A DNA stretch of 57,619 nucleotides, taken from assembly GCA_017470005.1 (NCBI GenBank), contig JAFUFH010000091.1:1-57619 (forward strand), in the 5' to 3' direction. Position numbers and translations under genes: made by a program. The notes below the pieces were generated by a model that saw nothing but the letters and a program-made list of their open reading frames with translations, searched no databases and was not told where the DNA came from. Source of the DNA: Bacilli bacterium. GTDB taxonomy: Bacteria > Bacillota_I > Bacilli_A > RFN20 > CAG-288. Below are positions 36,504 through 45,679 of this stretch, piece by piece (position 1 is the first letter of the stretch; each line of letters begins with the position of its first letter).

Positions 36504-39105
36504 AAAGAATGCCAAACCCATCCCTGTACAAGAAGAAATTATCGATACCGGGATGACCGATGTCCTCATTTCCGCCTTCAACCGTTACGCCAAAGAAGTT
36601 ATTACCGACCGTGCGATTCCAGATGTCAGAGACGGCTTAAAACCCGTTCAGAGAAGAATCATCTTCGATATGTATGATCAAGGTCAACTCTTCTCTAAGC
36701 CAACAGTCAAATGTGCTACTATCGTCGGTCACGTCATGGGACATTATCATCCTCATGGTGATTCTTCCATTTATGATGCCTTGGTTCACATGTCTCAGAA
36801 CTGGAAGATGGAAGCTCCTTTGATTGACTTCCAAGGTAACAATGGCTCTATCGATGATGACCCTGCTGCCGCTAACCGTTACACCGAAGCTAGACTATCT
36901 TTGCTCAGTGAATTCTTAGTCAAAGATATCGATAAGAACACCGTAAGAATGGTTCCTACCTTCGATGATAAGAACTTAGAACCCACCGTTTTACCCGCTC
37001 GTTACCCTAACCTTTTGGTCAATGGTACACAAGGTATCGCTGTCGGTTCTACCACCTATATTCCTCCCCACAATTTAGGGGAAGTCATCGATGCGACAAT
37101 CTATCGCATCCATCATAAGAGAGCCACATTGGACGATTTGATGAATTATGTCCAAGGCCCCGATTTCCCTACCGGTGGTATCATCGATGATAAAGAGACT
37201 CTCCGTCTTTTATATGAGACCGGAAGAGCTAATTTCTATCTCTATTGTAAGACCGAGATTGATGAAGCCGATAACGCCATTGTCATCACTGAGATCCCTT
37301 ATGGTGTCGTCAAGATTGACTTCGTCGCGGCTCTCAATAAGAGAAAAGAAAACGATCACTTAGACAACATCGAAGAGATTGTGGATGAATCCGCAAAAGA
37401 TGATGTTAACATCGTTATCAAAATCAAGAAAGATGCCTCCCCCGAAGACATTCTCAACTATCTCCAGAGCAAGGGCGTGATGAAGACCACCATCTCTTGT
37501 AACTTCTTAGCTATCGATAAAGGTCACCCCAAGTGCATGCCCCTTCTTGACATGATCGATGCCTTCATCGAACATCAAAGAAAAGTCTCCACCAAAGCTT
37601 TCCAATATGATTTAAAGACCGCCAATGACCGTCTCGAGATCGTCAATGGTTACATGAAGGTATATTCTATCCTTAATGAAGTCATTGAAAAGATTCGTAA
37701 ATGTAACGGTAAAGAAGGCGTCAAGACGATGTTAAAGAATGATTATTCCTTCTCTGAACGCCAAGCGGAAGCCATTGCGATGATGCCTTTATATCGTTTG
37801 TCTAACACCGATATTGTTGCTTTACAAAAAGAACAAGGCGAGCTTAATATTGAAATTGAAAGAATCAATAACATTCTTTCCGATACCGATAAATTGGATG
37901 CTACCATTGTCAAGACGCTCTCCGATGTCAGAAAACAGTTTGCTGTTCCTAGAAAGACACAAATCTTACAAGAGAAGCAGTCCTTTGAAAGCGTGGATGC
38001 CGTTAAGCTCATCGCCAAAGAAGAAGTCATGGTGGCAATCACTGCCGATGGATATGCCAAACGTACTACCTTAAAAGCCTATCAAGCTTCTTTGCGTTCC
38101 AATAAAGATGAAGCCGATCCTTTATGTCTTCCTAAGATGAAACCTGGCGATAAGTTAGTCTACTTTGGACAAGCCGATACCCATGAAGGAATCTTATTCT
38201 TCACCGATTTAGGAAATTATGGTTATCTTCCTATCCACATGCTTTCCGATATGAAGTGGAAAGAAGAAGGTAAACATCTCAACAATCTCATCGCCTTAAA
38301 GTCCAATGAAAAGATTGTCAGAGCCATGAAGATTGAAGCCTTCAAAGAAGGTTTACATGTCGTCCTTTTAACCAAAGAAAATAAGATCAAGAGAACTCCG
38401 TTAAAAGACTTTGAAACCAATACCATCACCAAACGTCCTATCCGTGCTTGTAAGCTTCTCAATAAGGATGATAAGGTGGTTGGAGCGGAGATTTCTTACG
38501 GTAATTCTGACTTGGTGGTCATCGATTCTTTGGGTAGATCATCTCGTTTTAACGAGAGTGAAGTTCCGGAAGTTTCTACTTCCGCTATGGGTGTAAAAGC
38601 TATCGCTTCCTCTATCGATCACGCTTCTTTGGTCTCTCTGGTTGTCTTAGCTCATAACGAAGTTTCACAACTTCTTGTTCTTGCCGATAGAAGGGCGGCT
38701 AGAATCATCTCTACGGCTAAGATTGATGCGGGCGAGAGATTATCTGCCAAAGTTCCTCTCATCAAAGTCTTGAAGAAGAATCCTTACAAGATTGTTGGTG
38801 TGTACAAATTAGATAAAGTCAGAGGTCAAACCAATTATGCATTATTGACCACCAAAGAGAGCAATATCGCCATGGATCTTGGCGCTTTAGCTCCTGTGGA
38901 ATGCAATATGGAAATGAGAGAAAATGTGCCAGGTCTTGGCACTCATCTGGTCACTGGTTACTCTTCTAATGGCTTTGTTTTAAGCAAAAATTGTGTCGTA
39001 GAAGATCCTCTTCCTGCCAAGGTAGTCTCTACCAAAGCGAAGGTGGATGAAGCCGATACACAACTTTCCTTGTTTGATCTGTTTGAAAAGAATACTAATA
39101 AATAA
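36493..39105 (+). CDS. parC: DNA topoisomerase IV subunit A
   Basis: RAIPDVRDGLKPVQRRI, YHPHGDSSIY, AANRYTEARL catalytic Tyr; no GyrA-box seen. Confidence 0.88.
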   Translation: MKIKKNAKPIPVQEEIIDTGMTDVLISAFNRYAKEVITDRAIPDVRDGLKPVQRRIIFDMYDQGQLFSKPTVKCATIVGHVMGHYHPHGDSSIYDALVHMSQNWKMEAPLIDFQGNNGSIDDDPAAANRYTEARLSLLSEFLVKDIDKNTVRMVPTFDDKNLEPTVLPARYPNLLVNGTQGIAVGSTTYIPPHNLGEVIDATIYRIHHKRATLDDLMNYVQGPDFPTGGIIDDKETLRLLYETGRANFYLYCKTEIDEADNAIVITEIPYGVVKIDFVAALNKRKENDHLDNIEEIVDESAKDDVNIVIKIKKDASPEDILNYLQSKGVMKTTISCNFLAIDKGHPKCMPLLDMIDAFIEHQRKVSTKAFQYDLKTANDRLEIVNGYMKVYSILNEVIEKIRKCNGKEGVKTMLKNDYSFSERQAEAIAMMPLYRLSNTDIVALQKEQGELNIEIERINNILSDTDKLDATIVKTLSDVRKQFAVPRKTQILQEKQSFESVDAVKLIAKEEVMVAITADGYAKRTTLKAYQASLRSNKDEADPLCLPKMKPGDKLVYFGQADTHEGILFFTDLGNYGYLPIHMLSDMKWKEEGKHLNNLIALKSNEKIVRAMKIEAFKEGLHVVLLTKENKIKRTPLKDFETNTITKRPIRACKLLNKDDKVVGAEISYGNSDLVVIDSLGRSSRFNESEVPEVSTSAMGVKAIASSIDHASLVSLVVLAHNEVSQLLVLADRRAARIISTAKIDAGERLSAKVPLIKVLKKNPYKIVGVYKLDKVRGQTNYALLTTKESNIAMDLGALAPVECNMEMRENVPGLGTHLVTGYSSNGFVLSKNCVVEDPLPAKVVSTKAKVDEADTQLSLFDLFEKNTNK

Positions 39106-39125
39106 TTATTTCTTGTATACTAGTA

Positions 39126-39665
39126 ATGAAAGAAAAAGTTTTCGCACACTGCACGTCTATCTACGCCCTTGATCTCGATTTCTTTAACGAATATCCCATC
39201 AAGGCCCTTGTCATCGATAGAGATAACACGCTTGACTCTTACGAAGCTCTCTCTCCCTCTCAAGAAGCCCTAGATTTAATTTCTGAGATTCAAAAGAGAG
39301 GTATTCGAGTTCTAGTGGTCTCCAACAATGTCAAAAAGATCATAGAACCTTATGGAGAAAAGCTGGGTGTGCCTTGCCTTGCTTCCAGTCAAAAGTTCTC
39401 CGGAAAGAGGATTCTTGCCTTCTTAAAAGAGAACGGATTAGAAGTGAAAGATTGTATCTTTGTTGGAGATCAGATCTTCACGGATCGAATCTACACCAAC
39501 AAGATCAAAGGAAGACTGATTCTTACAGAACCCCTATATCAAAAAGACCACTTTGTCACACGCTTTGTCCGTTGGTTAGATAAGTCGATAAGACGAAGAT
39601 GGCGTAAAAAAAATCAATTAGGACTCGCTTGTCCTGAAAAGAAAGGAGATAAAAATGCTCTTTAA
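39126..39665 (+). CDS. yqeG: YqeG-like HAD IIIA phosphatase
   Basis: DRDNTL, VVSNN, VGDQIFTD motifs; precedes yqeH. Confidence 0.85.
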   Translation: MKEKVFAHCTSIYALDLDFFNEYPIKALVIDRDNTLDSYEALSPSQEALDLISEIQKRGIRVLVVSNNVKKIIEPYGEKLGVPCLASSQKFSGKRILAFLKENGLEVKDCIFVGDQIFTDRIYTNKIKGRLILTEPLYQKDHFVTRFVRWLDKSIRRRWRKKNQLGLACPEKKGDKNAL

Positions 39666-40815
39666 AAACAACAAAACTTCTGGTCTCACTGCCGAAATCC
39701 GTGTCAAACGTTGCTATGGTTGTGGCGCGATTTTACAAGACCAAGACCCCAATGAAATCGGCTATGTCCCGACAGAGAAATTCCAATCTGAAGATGAGAC
39801 TCTCTGCGAGAGATGCTATAAATTGAGACACTATTCTTCTTTCAAGAAGACCGCCGGTCTCAATATTGATTTCGTCACCATTTTAGATCACGCCAAAGAA
39901 GAGAACGCTCTTGCCATCTATGTCGTCAACGCTTTCTCTATCCAAGCCTCTGTTTTAAAAGGCATCGGAAAATATCTCCCTAAAGATGTGTTAGTCGTCA
40001 TCAACAAGAGAGACTTGCTTCCTAAGTCTTACAACGATGATTATCTCTTGCTTCAGACCAAGAAAGCCTTAGAAGAAGAGAATATTCATCCCATCTCTAT
40101 CTTAGTGACTGCTGCTAGCGCAACCAAGAATTATCACATCGAAGAATTGATGAAAGCCGTGGATGAAAACAGGCACGGAAAGAGTGTGTATTTTGTCGGA
40201 TGTTATCAAGTTGGTAAGTCTTCTTTAATCAACGCTTTGTTGATGAACTATTCCAATATGACTTCTAGAACCATCACCACTTCTCCCTATCCTGGAACCA
40301 CCTTAGATGTCATCTCTATCCCGTTAGATGATCAATCCAATATGTATGACACTCCCGGTATGTACAACGCCGAGAGCATGATTTCCTTTGTCGAACCAGA
40401 AATCATCAAATATGTTCTTCCTAGAAATGAGATTCGTCCGGAAATGTATATGGCAAAAGAGGGTCAATCCTTCCTTCTTGCTAACCTTGCTCGTCTTGAT
40501 TTTGTCAAAGGCGATAAGGTCAATTTCACCTTCTATAAGAGCAACGATTTGTCTATCGAAAGACATAAACTCAACAAAGCCGATCAAGGATTCAATGATC
40601 TTTGTGTCAACGAAGGTTTAGATAACCGCACTAAGAAAGTCACTTCTATCCAAGATTTAGAAGTCCATCACTTCACCACCTTAGAAGGAAAGACCAACCG
40701 CATCAATGTCAATGGCTTGATGTTTGTCGAATATAACGGAAAGAATCAAGAAATTGATGTCTACGCACCTAAGGGTGTCATTGTAACTTTAGAAGATGCC
40801 TCTCTCAAACTCTAA
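39655..40815 (+). CDS. yqeH: Ribosome biogenesis GTPase YqeH
   Basis: CYGCG...CERC zinc motif, NKRD, QVGKSSLIN, PGTT, DTPG in circularly permuted order. Confidence 0.9.
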   Translation: MLFKNNKTSGLTAEIRVKRCYGCGAILQDQDPNEIGYVPTEKFQSEDETLCERCYKLRHYSSFKKTAGLNIDFVTILDHAKEENALAIYVVNAFSIQASVLKGIGKYLPKDVLVVINKRDLLPKSYNDDYLLLQTKKALEEENIHPISILVTAASATKNYHIEELMKAVDENRHGKSVYFVGCYQVGKSSLINALLMNYSNMTSRTITTSPYPGTTLDVISIPLDDQSNMYDTPGMYNAESMISFVEPEIIKYVLPRNEIRPEMYMAKEGQSFLLANLARLDFVKGDKVNFTFYKSNDLSIERHKLNKADQGFNDLCVNEGLDNRTKKVTSIQDLEVHHFTTLEGKTNRINVNGLMFVEYNGKNQEIDVYAPKGVIVTLEDASLKL

Positions 40816-42220
40816 TGCCGTCTTATTTTTACCAGTTTCGCCTGTAACTCAAAGCAACCTCGCGTTGCTTGAGTTTTCTTTATCTTTCTTTGATTCTGTC
40901 TATGTGCTACCTCTTTATGATGCAAGAGACAGGGAAGAAGAAAAAGAATTTGCTTCTCTTACCCTTCGTTCCTTAAAGAAGAATTATCCTAAGATTGCCT
41001 TTGGAGAGCTTTCTGTTTATGATGTGGAAAAGAGATTCCTTTCTAAAGAAGTGATAGAGAAAATTCCGGAAAGTTATACCCAATATTTTGATGGGAAACT
41101 TCATCCGATTGAAGGCGAGATTCTTCCACTTCTATGGAATTATGAGAAGACAAGAAACGGTTCCAAATTAGATTTATCTAGAGAAGATATGGATGAGATT
41201 GCTGATCATAAACTCTATTTCTGCTTAGAGCTAGCAAAAATGGAGAAAGAACATCGCTATCTGCATTCCGTATCGGTTGCAAAAACAGCATACGATATCG
41301 CACTAGCGAATGGATTAGATGGAAGGAGAGCGTATCTAGGCGGACTTCTTCACGACTGCGCAAAAGATTATCCTGATGAAGAACTTCTTGCTCTCATACA
41401 CGAGGAAATGAGCGAATATGAACCGATTCCTTCTTTCGCTCTTCATCAATTTGCGGGAAAGATCTTCGCACAAAGGAAATTCGGTTGTGAAGATGAAGAG
41501 ATTCTAAACGCCATCTGCTTCCACTGCACGGGAAAGAAAGAGATGAGCGATTATGAAAAAATCATCTATGCCGCCGATAAGGTGGAACCTACTCGTCCTT
41601 TTGAAACCAAGATTGGAAGAGATGCATGTCTAAACGATCTAGAAAGCGGGTTTGTCACCACCTTAAAACAACAAATACGATATTTTAAAGAAAGAAACAT
41701 CTCTTACAGTGAATATAGACTCAGCAAGGAGATGTATCAATATTATCTCGGAGAATATAACATGTTAAAAAAATCAGTACAAGAAAAGAAAACGAAATTA
41801 GAAAACAAAGGCTCTATCCGTGCCTTAAGACCTCTTCACATCGCCCAAGATTTATCTTGGAACTATGGCGAAGATGTTGTGGTTTATGACGTCAGAGAAA
41901 AGACTCCTTATGTCTCTTATTTCATCTTAGCTTCCGCTTCTACCGATAGAAGACTCAGAGCCTTAGTTGGCACCGCCAAAGAGGCTTTATACAACAATTA
42001 CAAAGATGTGGACCACACCGAAGGTAGAAATGATTCTACTTGGATCTTAGTGGATGCTCATGACATTGTTGTCCATCTCTTCACCAAGGAAGAGAGAAAG
42101 AGAGTCGATATGGATGCTCTCTACGCCGATTGCCCTCACAAGATTGTCATCAGCAAAGAAGAACCCAACTATCGCAAGAGAAAGAAAGCCGAAAGCCAAG
42201 ATAACAACTGGTACGAATAA
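40796..42220 (+). CDS. Fusion of degenerate NadD-like domain, YqeK HD hydrolase and RsfS
   Basis: NadD-like N-terminus without HxGH motif, RYLHSVSV..LLHDCAK HD domain, then DVREK...WILVDAHDIVVH RsfS domain from Met at 41762. Confidence 0.8.
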   Translation: MPLSNSNAVLFLPVSPVTQSNLALLEFSLSFFDSVYVLPLYDARDREEEKEFASLTLRSLKKNYPKIAFGELSVYDVEKRFLSKEVIEKIPESYTQYFDGKLHPIEGEILPLLWNYEKTRNGSKLDLSREDMDEIADHKLYFCLELAKMEKEHRYLHSVSVAKTAYDIALANGLDGRRAYLGGLLHDCAKDYPDEELLALIHEEMSEYEPIPSFALHQFAGKIFAQRKFGCEDEEILNAICFHCTGKKEMSDYEKIIYAADKVEPTRPFETKIGRDACLNDLESGFVTTLKQQIRYFKERNISYSEYRLSKEMYQYYLGEYNMLKKSVQEKKTKLENKGSIRALRPLHIAQDLSWNYGEDVVVYDVREKTPYVSYFILASASTDRRLRALVGTAKEALYNNYKDVDHTEGRNDSTWILVDAHDIVVHLFTKEERKRVDMDALYADCPHKIVISKEEPNYRKRKKAESQDNNWYE

Positions 42221-42239
42221 ACAGTATAAAGGGGACAGG

Positions 42240-42914
42240 ATGAAACGTTATTTAATTGTTTGTGCGATGCAAGCAGAGATCGATGGTATCTTCTTGCACT
42301 GCAAACCCAAAGATATGGGAAATAATCTCTACTTAATCGAAGGAGAGAATTTCCAAGCTTATGTCATGAAGTCAGGTATCGGTAAAGTTGCCATGGCTTA
42401 TAAGCTTGGTTCTTTCTTGAATGATTTCCAAGTGGATGAGATCATCAATGTAGGTGTCGCTGGTTCACTCTCAAGTGAACTGAAATGTTTTGATACCTTA
42501 GTCGCTTCTAAGGCTGCTTATTCTGACGTTGACTTAGTCTCCTGGGGATTACCCTTTGGTCAGATGCAAGGATGCCCTCTTTATTTTGAATGTGATAAAG
42601 AAGGAATTGAAAAAGCTCTCACCTTCCCAAAGAAGAAACTCAAGACTGGCTTGATTTTGACCTCTGACACTTTTGTTACCAAAGAGAATCTTAACACCAA
42701 GTTCTACGAATTCTTTGAAAACCCTGTCTCTTGTGATATGGAATCTGCTGCGGTGGGACAATGTGCTTTCTTAGCAAATAAACCTTTCATGATCATCAGA
42801 ACCATTTCTGATGATACCACGGTGGAAGATAACACCAGATCTTATGAAGAGCAACTCAAAGAGAGCTGTGCCATGACTGGTGAAATCGTTTATTACTTGA
42901 TTAGTAACTATTAG
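42240..42914 (+). CDS. mtnN: MTA/SAH nucleosidase
   Basis: AMQAE, SGIGKV, INVGVAG, TSDTF, DMESAAV, RTISD; real start ATG 42240. Confidence 0.88.
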   Translation: MKRYLIVCAMQAEIDGIFLHCKPKDMGNNLYLIEGENFQAYVMKSGIGKVAMAYKLGSFLNDFQVDEIINVGVAGSLSSELKCFDTLVASKAAYSDVDLVSWGLPFGQMQGCPLYFECDKEGIEKALTFPKKKLKTGLILTSDTFVTKENLNTKFYEFFENPVSCDMESAAVGQCAFLANKPFMIIRTISDDTTVEDNTRSYEEQLKESCAMTGEIVYYLISNY

Positions 42915-43085
42915 TAAATATTTGGTACTAATAAATGACTAAAATACTAAAATCGTGAAAAATAGTAGTTAGTCAATAATTAGTACTAAAAATAAACTAA
43001 ATCTAAATATAATCTGACAAGTATAGTTAGCCAGAAAAGATGAATTTAAACGCGATTTAGGATTAGTAGAAAATTAGTACATTTT

Positions 43086-43125
43086 AAAAAGAGAAGTGAT
43101 TCAACCAATGGATCACTTCTTTTTT
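43086..43125. terminator. Bidirectional terminator-like hairpin between convergent operons
   Basis: A5-G-AGAAGTGAT...ATCACTTCT-T5. Confidence 0.7.
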
Positions 43126-43238
43126 AGTATTTGGATGATGTTGTCAGTAGGGAAGAACTATTTAGGTATAAGTAAAGTTAAAAGAAATGGTATTTGTAGG
43201 ATGATTAAGGAATTCCGAAAATTTCCCTTAAATAGTTT

Positions 43239-43266
43239 ACTTCGTATAATAGATATTATGTTAATA
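43239..43266 (+). other. dif: dif chromosome dimer resolution site
   Basis: ACTTCGTATAA-TAGATA-TTATGTTAATA, 11+6+11 layout resembling B. subtilis and E. coli dif; gene orientation flips here; xer gene 1.5 kb away. Confidence 0.88.
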
Positions 43267-43530
43267 AAAAAAGAAAAACAAAAACAAGAGAAGCAAAACT
43301 ATATAAATAATAGTTCGTATACGAACAAATATTTGGAGTGTGACTTCATATAAATTTCTCCAAGATCCTGGTAAATCTATATGGAACTACTAATTTAAAA
43401 ATTAGTAATAAAAAAGTACTAATTATTAACTAAATCTAAATTTATTATTATCTTATCATTTTTCTGATAATACTACTAATTCTTATAGCTAGTTAATAAT
43501 TAGTACTAATAATATACTAATTAATTTTGT

Positions 43531-44745
43531 TTACTTATCTTCTACTAATTCTTTAATGACGTGTCCGATTTGATTTTCAGAACCTTTTAATCCGAAGTTA
43601 GCTAAGATGGTCTTACCCATGCAACCGAAGGAATCGACTTCTTCAATCTTTCTTCCGTTCTTGAAACCCTTGGAGTAAGAGAAGAGAGGGACTCTCTCTC
43701 TGGTGTGGTCTGTCCCATACCAAGTAGGATCGTTTCCATGATCGGCGGTGATGAGAAGCAAATCATCTTCCTTTAAGTTCTTCATCAATTCGCCTAAGTC
43801 CTGATCAAATTCTTCAATGGACTTTCCATAACCTTGAGGATTTCTTCTGTGTCCGTATAAGACATCAAAGTCAGCGAGGTTAACAAAGCAGAGTCCAGTG
43901 AAGTCTTTGTTCTTAGCAATCTCGATGGTTTGAAGCATACCATCGTGGTTAGAATCGATATGAGAGGATTCATCCATGCCGTTTCCAGCAAAGATATCAT
44001 GGATCTTACCCACAGCGATGACTCTATATCCTGCGTCTTGTAAATCATTTAAAGAAGTGCGGCCAGCGGGAGCTAAAGCGTAATCTCTTCTCTCTGTAGT
44101 TCTCTTGAAGTTTTCTTTGGTTGTTCCAACAAAGGGACGAGCGATGACTCTTCCGACTTTCCATTCTTTTTTCATGGTGATCTCACGGGCGATCTCACAA
44201 TCTCTATATAATTCCTCTAAAGGAACAACAGCGGTATTGGCAGCGATTTGAAGAACAGAGTCTGCGCTAGTATAAACGATAAGAGATCCATCTCTAGTTT
44301 GTTCTTCACCAAGTTCGGTCAAAATGACGGTACCAGATTGAGAATAGTTACCAATCAACTTTCTACCCGTTCTAGCAGAAAGTTCATCCATTAATTCCTT
44401 CGGGAAGCCAGTGTCCGTGAAAGTGACTAAAGGTTCACTAGTGAGGATACCCATCATCTCCCAGTGTCCGGTGAGAGTATCTTTTCCGTTAGAGGCTTCT
44501 CTCATGGTTTGAACATAAGCGTGAGGGTGGTCAACTTTGCTTGCTCCTTCAATTTCAGGGCAGAGGTCATAAATACCTAAAGAATTGATATTGGGGATAT
44601 TTAAGCCATGACATTGTTGAGAGACATGGAGCCAGGTGTTGCTTCCCACATCATTGTGACCGGCGTTAAAGAAGCGGTCTGCATCTGGTTCACTCCCGAT
44701 GCCAACGCTATCCATGACGATAGCAAATATACGTTTGAATTTCAT
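43531..44745 (-). CDS. deoB: Phosphopentomutase
   Basis: VMDSVGIG, GKDTLTGHWE, YTSADSVLQIAA, RVIARPFVG, YGHRRN, TADHGNDP, DHTRE. Confidence 0.94.
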   Translation of the reverse strand: MKFKRIFAIVMDSVGIGSEPDADRFFNAGHNDVGSNTWLHVSQQCHGLNIPNINSLGIYDLCPEIEGASKVDHPHAYVQTMREASNGKDTLTGHWEMMGILTSEPLVTFTDTGFPKELMDELSARTGRKLIGNYSQSGTVILTELGEEQTRDGSLIVYTSADSVLQIAANTAVVPLEELYRDCEIAREITMKKEWKVGRVIARPFVGTTKENFKRTTERRDYALAPAGRTSLNDLQDAGYRVIAVGKIHDIFAGNGMDESSHIDSNHDGMLQTIEIAKNKDFTGLCFVNLADFDVLYGHRRNPQGYGKSIEEFDQDLGELMKNLKEDDLLLITADHGNDPTWYGTDHTRERVPLFSYSKGFKNGRKIEEVDSFGCMGKTILANFGLKGSENQIGHVIKELVEDK

Positions 44746-44791
44746 ACGATTTTCCTTTCTCAGTGCTAAATATTATACTTTTTGTTTTTGG

Positions 44792-45679
44792 TTAATCAAC
44801 TCTGTTTTTTCTTCTCATGCTCTCTTCATAGACTTCTTGTTCTTTTTTGTGAGACAAATGCGTGTAGATTTGGGTGGTTTTGATATCGGAGTGACCAAGA
44901 AGTTCTTGCACGGATCTTAAATGTGCGCCGTTTTCTAATAACAGTGTGGCAAAGGAGTGACGAAGGGAGTGAGGAGATATCTCTTTTTCAATACCAGCAT
45001 CTTTGGCATATTTTTTGATGCGAAGGAAGAAATATTGTCTTGAGATATTTTTACCATTGCTGTGAAGAAAGAGATTGGGGCTTTTGCTTTTGATATTCTT
45101 TCGGATATTGTCATAATACAGTTGCAGTATCGATAGGGCATCTTGGCTGATAGGAATGAGTCTTTCTTTGCTTCTTTTTCCTTTGACTTTGATGTAACCT
45201 CCTGTCAAAGAGAGCGCATCTTTTCTTAAGCTGCAAGCTTCAGAAACACGTAGTCCACAAGCAAAAGATACTTCCATCAGAGCTAAATCTAATAATCCTC
45301 TCTCTTCTTGGATGGGAATGACAGAGAAGAGACGTTCAATCTCTTGCGAATTGAGATAGGTAGGAAGGTGTTTTTCTTTTTTAGGAACATATAAATCCGA
45401 CAATACTAAATCGATTTTACCTTCTTTTTTTAAATAAGATAAAAACCCTTTGATGACTGTTCCTTTTCTCACTAACGATGCATTCTTTAAGCCTTTGGAT
45501 TCTAACACAAAAAGATGGTCGTTTAAATCTTTGGATTGAATGCGTTGAATATCTTTGTTTTGTATGGAATCACAAAAAGCATAGAGGTCTTTTTGATACG
45601 CTTCTATGGTGTTTAAGGCATCGCCTTTTTCGGTGATGAGATAAGTGAGATATTCCTCTATGGCTTCTCTAGTTTTCAT
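44792..45679 (-). CDS. xerD: Tyrosine recombinase XerD/RipX-like
   Basis: GLRVSE, KGKRSKER, SPHSLRHSFAT, LLGH, TTQIYTH; xer-deoB order as in B. subtilis ripX-drm. Confidence 0.85.
   Translation of the reverse strand: MKTREAIEEYLTYLITEKGDALNTIEAYQKDLYAFCDSIQNKDIQRIQSKDLNDHLFVLESKGLKNASLVRKGTVIKGFLSYLKKEGKIDLVLSDLYVPKKEKHLPTYLNSQEIERLFSVIPIQEERGLLDLALMEVSFACGLRVSEACSLRKDALSLTGGYIKVKGKRSKERLIPISQDALSILQLYYDNIRKNIKSKSPNLFLHSNGKNISRQYFFLRIKKYAKDAGIEKEISPHSLRHSFATLLLENGAHLRSVQELLGHSDIKTTQIYTHLSHKKEQEVYEESMRRKNRVD

Larger units (their letters stand above)
42900..43530. repeat. AT-rich TAGT/ACTA repeat scaffold flanking dif
   Basis: Dense TAGTA/TACTA words, TTAGTACTAA palindromes at 42980 and 43500, 27-bp imperfect direct repeat at 42982-43008 and 43415-43441. 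Confidence 0.75.

Noticed and set aside
43236-43269. loxP-like sequence or vector contamination
   Set aside because: Only the left part resembles the loxP arm (ACTTCGTATA). The right side is a Xer-type TTATGTTAA arm with a 6-bp spacer, which fits dif.
43096-43353. 85-aa ORF in the terminus spacer
   Set aside because: It starts inside a terminator hairpin, crosses dif, has low-complexity composition and no recognisable motif.
42900-43530. CRISPR array or replication origin
   Set aside because: There are no regularly spaced 25-40 bp repeats with unique spacers, no cas genes and no TTATCCACA cluster; genes converge on the region rather than diverge from it.
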